A DNA stretch of 64,000 nt from Phycisphaerae bacterium (GTDB lineage Bacteria; Planctomycetota; Phycisphaerae; UBA1845). Under the pieces are notes generated by a model. That model searched no databases. It saw nothing but the letters and a program-made list of their open reading frames with translations, and had not been told where the DNA came from. Positions within the stretch are counted from its first letter, which is position 1; the number at the start of each line of letters is the position of its first letter. The position numbers and the translations under genes were made by a program. Shown here one piece after another: positions 58,244-64,000 of the stretch. The stretch covers positions 1 to 64,000 of the forward strand of contig CAXXGO010000006.1 in the NCBI GenBank assembly GCA_963666835.2, in the 5' to 3' direction.

Positions 58244-58804
58244 TTACTTCGCCCGTTCGACGTACTCACCAGTTCGCGTGTCGACGCGGACTACTTCGCC
58301 GGGCGATAGGAACGAGGGCACCCGGATCTTAGCTCCGGTTTCCAGTATAGCTTCCTTTGGCTGGTTCGTGGCTGTAGCACCTTTGACGACCGGGGGGGTG
58401 TCCTCGATCCTCAACTCCACTACGTGAGCCGTTTCGAAAGAAACGATCTGACCTTCGAAGATCTCGACGGAGACCTTCTGGTTCGGGGTGAGCCACTTGG
58501 CCGCGTCCGCCACAATCTCGGCATCTACCGGAAACTGATCGTACGTCTCGAGATCCATGACGATGTAGTTCTCCCCTTCGCGATATAGGAACTCGTACGT
58601 CTTCGATTCTACAAACGGCACTTCCAGCAGGTCGTCTACCCGGAATCTGACCTCCGCGATGACCCCGCTTTTGAGGTTCTTCACCTTCGCCTGCATGTAG
58701 CTGCGCTTGTTCCCCTTGGCAACATGCTTGGCTTCATGAATAACGCTCAGTTGCCCTTCGTAGATGATGGTCCGCCCTTTGCGGAGGTCGACGGCCTTGA
58801 TCAT
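58244..58804 (-). CDS. efp: Translation elongation factor P
   Basis: DLRKG, YEFLY, MDLETYDQ, TPPVVKGATA, KEAILETG, VRVDTRTGEYVER. Confidence 0.95.
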   Translation of the reverse strand: MIKAVDLRKGRTIIYEGQLSVIHEAKHVAKGNKRSYMQAKVKNLKSGVIAEVRFRVDDLLEVPFVESKTYEFLYREGENYIVMDLETYDQFPVDAEIVADAAKWLTPNQKVSVEIFEGQIVSFETAHVVELRIEDTPPVVKGATATNQPKEAILETGAKIRVPSFLSPGEVVRVDTRTGEYVERAK

Positions 58805-59003
58805 TTCCCGCAGCTCCAACTCAACTTCCTAAGAAACTCCCGATCTCCATGGTGGCAAGAGTGGTTCTCCAGGTCAATAGCCGTGAGCCGGTGCGTTCGC
58901 AGCATCGGCGCCGGTCGCCGGTGGTTATCGGGACTCGCCGGTCCTACGATCGTCACGCGGCGTGTTTGGAATCCAGCGGACTCGAACCTAAGATGGGCTC
59001 ATC

Positions 59004-59816
59004 ATGAGTAAACCCCGGCGGTCACCCGTACAGAAATACCACGACAGAGTAGCTGGAAAGTACGACCACAGCTACGAAGACGCGTACTGGCGATGGCACG
59101 ACGCCCTGACGTGGGATTATCTCAAGCCTCATCTGCCGCGCGACATGAGCGCCCGGGTACTCGATTTGGGCTGCGGGACGGGCAAATGGGGCGCCAAAAT
59201 CTCCAAGAGCGGCTATGCGGTTACGAGCGTCGACATCTCGGGGAAGATGCTGAACCAGGCCCGTCGCAAAATCGAGGACGAAATCGGCGCCGACGATGCG
59301 TGCTTCCTGCAGGCGGATCTCTGTGACCTTTCCGAGCTGCCGTCCGCCGAGTTCGCCCTTGCCGTAGCGATGGGGGATCCGATCGGATGCACCAAGGCGC
59401 CCGCCAAGGCCTTGAAGGAAGTTCGGCGGGTCCTTACCGACGACGGCGTGCTGGTGGCCACGTTCGACAACCGCCTGGCAGCCGTTGACTTCTATCTGTC
59501 CGGCGGAGACCGGGCGGCATTCACCCGTTTTCTTCGCGACGGCAAAACGCACTGGCTGACCAGAGACGCCGACGAGCAGTTTCCGATTCACACGTACGGT
59601 CCGGGGGATCTTCGACGACTGATCGAGGGCACCGGCTTCGAAGTGCTGGACTTGCTCGGCAAGACTGTCCTGCCGATGCGCCATTATCGGGGCCTGCTGG
59701 CTACCCCGGCAGACCGACGAAGCTGGGCAAAGGTGGAAAAGAGCCTCTGCCGCGACGCCGCGGCGATGGGTAGAGCGTCACACCTGCAAGTTGCCTGTCG
59801 GGTTACCCGAGGATAG
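59004..59816 (+). CDS. Class I SAM-dependent methyltransferase
   Basis: VLDLGCGTG motif I, VDIS..ML. Confidence 0.9.
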   Translation: MSKPRRSPVQKYHDRVAGKYDHSYEDAYWRWHDALTWDYLKPHLPRDMSARVLDLGCGTGKWGAKISKSGYAVTSVDISGKMLNQARRKIEDEIGADDACFLQADLCDLSELPSAEFALAVAMGDPIGCTKAPAKALKEVRRVLTDDGVLVATFDNRLAAVDFYLSGGDRAAFTRFLRDGKTHWLTRDADEQFPIHTYGPGDLRRLIEGTGFEVLDLLGKTVLPMRHYRGLLATPADRRSWAKVEKSLCRDAAAMGRASHLQVACRVTRG

Positions 59817-59904
59817 CGAACCCCGGACAGCGTATCGCCCGTTACCGGAACGTTGCCCCGGAGGCCCCCCGCTTTGCCGGGATGCGCGGATTGGGCAGCT
59901 CCGG

Positions 59905-59933
59905 TTGCGAGACCACCCTACGCATGGCATAAT
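59905..59933 (+). promoter_or_regulatory. Putative sigma70 promoter
   Basis: TTGCGA-N17-CATAAT upstream of the Zn-ribbon gene. Confidence 0.4.
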
Positions 59934-60001
59934 GGATGGACTCGGATTCGTTCGACGTGACCGAGTCCGCTGATTCGGAACCGTTGTCCAACGGAGCAAC
60001 A

Positions 60002-60739
60002 ATGGGCGAGACATTAGAAGCCTTACGTCGCCTTCAGGATATAGAACTCCAGCTCGCGACAATCCGACGGAAGAGAGAAGCGAAAGCACGCCGGGCGGAC
60101 ACTCACGAACGAAAGGTCGCCCAGGCTGACGAGAAACTGGAAGCCCAACGGGCTTTACTGCGGGACCGGCAAGTCAGGCTCGACGCGCTCACCTTGGAAA
60201 TATCCGCTCGGGAAGAGTCCACAGGCAAACACCGCGAGGCCCTCAACAAGGCCAAGACCAACAAAGAATACAGCGCAATACTCGCGGCCATGAATACCGA
60301 AAAGGCCGACACGGCCAAGCTGGAGAACAGCATCTTGGTGCTCATGGAGGAGATTCAAGCTGCTCAGCAGGTATTGGCCGACCTGGAAGCCCAGAAGACC
60401 AAGTACGTCGAGGACGTCGGGGCTTCGCGGAAGACCCTGGCGGATTATGACGCCGAATCCAAGGACGAACGCGAACGGTTGGAGGCCGTGCATGACGAGC
60501 ATGCCAAGGGCATCGCTCCGGCGGTTCTGGCCTCGTTCTCGCGAGTGGCCCAGCGGCACGACGGAGAGGCGATGGCGATCGTCACCAGACTTCATCCCAA
60601 ACGGGAGGAGTACATGTGCGGGGGCTGCAACATGAAGGTGACGCTCGAAACCGTCAACAGCCTACAGACTCGCGATGAGATTCAGTTGTGCAGTTGTTGC
60701 GGCCGGATCCTGCATCTCGAGGCGGCGCCGGCTAAGTAA
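60002..60739 (+). CDS. Coiled-coil plus C4 Zn-ribbon protein (DUF164 / CT398-like)
   Basis: LQDIE start, KTNKEY, long coiled coil, CGGC..CSCCGRIL. Confidence 0.9.
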   Translation: MGETLEALRRLQDIELQLATIRRKREAKARRADTHERKVAQADEKLEAQRALLRDRQVRLDALTLEISAREESTGKHREALNKAKTNKEYSAILAAMNTEKADTAKLENSILVLMEEIQAAQQVLADLEAQKTKYVEDVGASRKTLADYDAESKDERERLEAVHDEHAKGIAPAVLASFSRVAQRHDGEAMAIVTRLHPKREEYMCGGCNMKVTLETVNSLQTRDEIQLCSCCGRILHLEAAPAK

Positions 60740-60945
60740 CGTGCGGAGAATCTACCGTTCGACCGGTGACAGGGGTGCGTAACGCATCGCGCGTCTTTGC
60801 GCGATGCCGCGGGGGGTGTCAGAACAAGTAGTCCCTCCTTGTCCGGTTGGAGTTTCGCTTGACGATCATCGGGGTTCTCGCCGATAACGTTCGTGAGGAG
60901 TATCGTTAACTCGCAGGGTAATTACGTCGGCCAGGAGGGTGACGC

Positions 60946-61647
60946 ATGCGAGATGTGGTATTGGTCGCCGTGATTCTCGCGGCGTGTGCGGGTGCGTGCG
61001 TGCCGGCAGAGAGTATCGAGACCCTTCCGCCGCAGCGCCCGCCGGTAACGTATCGAACTTCCAAAGCTGAGCCGTCCGTCGAAAAGCCGCCTCCGACCCC
61101 GCGCCGCAGTTACCGCAGCCCGGCTTGCAAACCTGCTATCGAAACGGGCCCCAGGTCTTGGATGCCGACCTGTCAGAGGATCAGCCCGCGGTGGACGACG
61201 ATCGTCATCCACCATAGCGCTACAAAGCACGGCAGTGCGTCGACCTTCGACCGGTATCATCGCCAACATAACGGATGGGACGAGCTGGGCTACCATTTCG
61301 TGATTGGTAACGGAACCGATACCCCGGACGGCCATGTTGAAGTCGGCCCCCGCTGGAACAAGCAGAAGCACGGCGCCCACTGTAAGACGCCGTCGAATTA
61401 CTTCAACGAACACGGTATCGGCATCTGCCTGGTGGGCGACTTCGATAAAACCCGCCCCACCAGCCGTCAGCTCGCCTCGCTCAATCGGCTGGTCAAGTAC
61501 TTGTGCGCGGCCTGCCGGATTCCCGTAAGTCGGGTGACTACGCACGGCGGGGTCACGCACAAGACCCGCTGCCCCGGACGCAACTTCGACATCGCCGCGG
61601 TCCGCAGGGCCATCACCGTGCCGGTGACGGCCTCGGTCCACCGCTAG
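60946..61647 (+). CDS. N-acetylmuramoyl-L-alanine amidase (Amidase_2/PGRP-like), probable lipoprotein
   Basis: IVIHHSA, GYHFVI, GAH, IGICLVG, H..K..CPG; AGA-C signal. Confidence 0.9.
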   Translation: MRDVVLVAVILAACAGACVPAESIETLPPQRPPVTYRTSKAEPSVEKPPPTPRRSYRSPACKPAIETGPRSWMPTCQRISPRWTTIVIHHSATKHGSASTFDRYHRQHNGWDELGYHFVIGNGTDTPDGHVEVGPRWNKQKHGAHCKTPSNYFNEHGIGICLVGDFDKTRPTSRQLASLNRLVKYLCAACRIPVSRVTTHGGVTHKTRCPGRNFDIAAVRRAITVPVTASVHR

Positions 61648-61899
61648 ATGGTCTGATAACTGTGCCGGCGGCTGGGAGGGCACGGAAATATCGGATGTAC
61701 TAAACCGCAGCCGCGGTCGGGCCGAAGGGGTATTAGGTAAGTAGAATAGCGGCCGGCCGGCACGACGCCGTAAACGGTGGACTCGTGCCGGGTTCCTGGT
61801 ATACCCGGATGGGCCGGGATGAACCCGTTGCCCTGCGGCCCTTGCTAGCGAGACCGAATCGGGCAGGTGAAGATCGCCCCGTGCTCAGGAGCAGACGAA

Positions 61900-62121
61900 A
61901 TGAACAAGAACTCCCGTTGGCAACGCGTTGTCCGGCTGACCATGGCATTGGCCGTAGGCGGATCGGCATTCCAGCTCAGTGGTTGTGATCCGGCCGTGCG
62001 CTCGACCGTGTTGACCGGACTAGAGACCACGACCCAGAGCCTGACATCAACCCTGATCTCGGCGTTCTTCCTCACCCTGGAGGATGATACCAGCAGCTCG
62101 AGCAGCCTGACCACTACGTAG
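61900..62121 (+). CDS. Small lipoprotein-like protein (73 aa)
   Basis: AGGAG RBS, basic N-terminus, QLSG-C lipobox, 45-aa Ser/Thr-rich mature part with EDD. Confidence 0.75.
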   Translation: MNKNSRWQRVVRLTMALAVGGSAFQLSGCDPAVRSTVLTGLETTTQSLTSTLISAFFLTLEDDTSSSSSLTTT

Positions 62122-63116
62122 CTCCGCCGTGTCCGCGTAAGACCCGGACATGTACGCGCCAGTTGATACTCGATATGCGCGATGGACCGCGCGCCGGCGG
62201 CACGCTCGCCGGCGCGCGGTCCTCTCTTGTGCGCTACCGGCATAGCGCAGGCATCCTACCTGCAGTACGTCGAATAACGCCGGCAGTGTGGGTAGAGCAG
62301 CGACGGCCGGTGTAGGGCACGGTCGAGGTACGAGACCTGCCATGAACTACTCGGCATAACCTCCGCAGCCCCGGCCTGAAAAACGGTGACTGTCCCCTGT
62401 TTTGAACCCTGATCTCGGCGTTCTTCCTCACCCTGGAGGATGATACCAGCAGCTCGAGCAGCCTGACCACTACGTAGCTCCGCCGTGTCCGCGTAAGACC
62501 CGGACATATACGCGCCAGTTGATACTCGATATGCGCGATGGACCGCGCGCCGGCGGCACGCTCGCCGGCGCGCGGTCCTCTCTTGTGCGCTACCGGCATA
62601 GCGCAGGCATCCTACCTGCAGTACGTCGAATAACGCCGGCAGTGTGGGTAGAGCAGCGACGGCCGGTGTAGGGCATGGTCGAGGTACGAGACCTGCCATT
62701 GACTACTCGGCGTAACCTCCGCAGCCCCGGCCCGAAAAACGGTGACTGTCCCCCGTTTTGAACCCTGATCTCGGCGTTCTTCCTCACCCTGGAGGATGAT
62801 ACCAGCAGCTCGAGCAGCCTGACCACTACGTAGCTCCGCCGTGTCCGCGTAAGACCCGGACATATACGCGCCAGTTGATACTCGATATGCGCGATGGACC
62901 GCGCGCCGGCGGCACGCTCGCCGGCGCGCGGTCCTCTCTTGTGCGCTACCGGCATAGCGCAGGCATCCTACCTGCAGTACGTCGAATAACGCCGGCAGTG
63001 TGGGTAGAGCAGCGACGGCCGGTGTAGGGCATGGTCGAGGTACGAGACCTGCCATTGACTACTCGGCGTAACCTCCGCAGCCCCGGCCCGAAAAACGGTG
63101 ACTGTCCCCCGTTTTG
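62049..63116. repeat. Three tandem copies of a 356-bp unit
   Basis: Units start at 62049, 62405 and 62761; copies 2 and 3 look identical, copy 1 differs at several positions. Confidence 0.95.
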
Positions 63117-63193
63117 CCGTCCCCCGTTTTGCCGTCCCCCGTTTTGCCGTCCCCCGTTTTGCCGTCCCCCGTTTTGCCGTCCCCCGTTTTGCC
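63104..63193. repeat. 15-bp minisatellite (GTCCCCCGTTTTGCC) x6
   Basis: Six perfect adjacent copies. Confidence 0.95.
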
Positions 63194-63369
63194 TCGAGTA
63201 TCGGTCAAGGGCGGGTCGCTCACGCTCGCCGCCTGATTGCGCAGATCTTCATGGCCACGCAAGCGTGGACCATGGCACCCGGCATAACCCGCGTTCTTCC
63301 GGCAGGTCTCGTTCCTCGACCATGCCCTACAAAACTCGTCGTACGTTGACCGGCTTGTTCGGCGGCTTT

Positions 63370-63495
63370 TGCAGGCACGATGCCTGCGTTACGGGATGCC
63401 TGTGCTATGGGTTTTGCAGACAGGATGTCTGCGTTACGGATTCTGCAGACAGGATGTCTGCGTTACGAATTCTGCAGACAGGATGTCTGCGTTAC
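63370..63495. repeat. Tandem REP-like units GCAGACAGGATGTCTGCGTTAC (29-bp period)
   Basis: Three near-identical copies plus one degenerate copy; the reverse form GTAGCGCAGACATCCTGTCTGC occurs near 58039. Confidence 0.85.
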
Positions 63496-63499
63496 TGGG

Positions 63500-64000
63500 T
63501 CAGCCCAATCCACCTTTGCGCCATAGATAATAGACCGGTCGGGTGGCGATCAGGCCGCGGAAGGTTTGGGCGAGGGTCCGGGGTGACTGCCGGGCGACGC
63601 GGGTACGCCCTCCGCCGGTGGTGCCGGCGTACCAATCATATACAACGCGGGCGACAATCTCCCGTATGCGACGCCGCCGTGACACCAAGGCCGGAAACCC
63701 CGCACTGTTGATGTCGACGTTCATAGCCTGCAGCTTCTCCAACGCAGCGCGCCGCCGGGCCGGGACCTCGTACTGCCCGATCCGCCGCATACCTGCCCGC
63801 TCGAAGACGGGATTGAACTCCCCCATCGCGGCTAAACACTCCACGTACTCCGTTCCCACCTGCGGCAGGGTTCGCCGCACGAGATAGTGCCCCAACCCGC
63901 ACCCGCGTACGTCCGGGTGAATGATCAGCCGCCGGAGAATCCGAAAACGCCGGTTGAGCAGCTTCGGATTACGCGAGAAACGCCGATCGGTGGCCTGGTT
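63500..64000 (-). CDS. 3' part of a GNAT-like protein (COG2401-type acetyltransferase domain), truncated by the window edge
   Basis: Frame is open to the window end: ILRRLIIHPDVRGCGLG...VECLAAMGEFNPVFERAGM. Confidence 0.75.
   Translation of the reverse strand, partial: NQATDRRFSRNPKLLNRRFRILRRLIIHPDVRGCGLGHYLVRRTLPQVGTEYVECLAAMGEFNPVFERAGMRRIGQYEVPARRRAALEKLQAMNVDINSAGFPALVSRRRRIREIVARVVYDWYAGTTGGGRTRVARQSPRTLAQTFRGLIATRPVYYLWRKGGLG

Noticed and set aside
60740..60945. Possible RNase P RNA after the DUF164 gene
   Set aside because: The interval is too short and lacks the GAGGAAAGTCC signature; only a simple hairpin is present
62049..63116. ORFs of 121-147 aa repeated within the 356-bp tandem units
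   Set aside because: They are translations of REP-rich repeat DNA on the strand opposite the real small gene, with no protein motifs
63031..63349. ORFs with CRPPF or AVPRF pentapeptide repeats
   Set aside because: They derive from a perfect 15-bp minisatellite with no synonymous variation, unlike the KKKVA gene
63370..63495. Short palindromic repeats with regular spacing resembling a CRISPR array
   Set aside because: Spacers are only about 7 nt and nearly identical, there are no cas genes, and the unit is a GTAG-type REP also seen near 58039

Overview
GC-rich bacterial chromosome segment, most likely Planctomycetota, class Phycisphaerae. This is inferred from GACC-repeat and dockerin-like secreted proteins, a CxxC-LxGLP-CPECG membrane protein and a eukaryote-type UDP-GlcNAc pyrophosphorylase. 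The left end carries a six-gene lipid operon (plsC, a four-domain FAR-ACS-ACP-acyltransferase with ElbD-like architecture, HAD phosphatase, Zn-dehydrogenase, DAG-kinase, esterase), a candidate ether-lipid pathway. The rest is housekeeping and envelope genes: LexA/CI-like repressor, DUF481 and TorF-like barrels, an Mla/Pqi cluster lacking its ATPase, gspE, uvrD, yigZ, tgt-yajC, cheW, a histone-like protein, efp with an atypical loop, and an amidase. These are interleaved with dense REP-like palindromes of several families. One family starts directly at stop codons. An IS4, an IS1182 and a four-copy MITE each sit inside a different palindrome family, and local tandem duplications copy gene 3' ends. 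Three tiny lipoprotein-like genes share one architecture, and two of them precede outer-membrane barrel genes. No rRNA, tRNA or CRISPR array was recognised. All calls are by eye from motifs; no database search was run.
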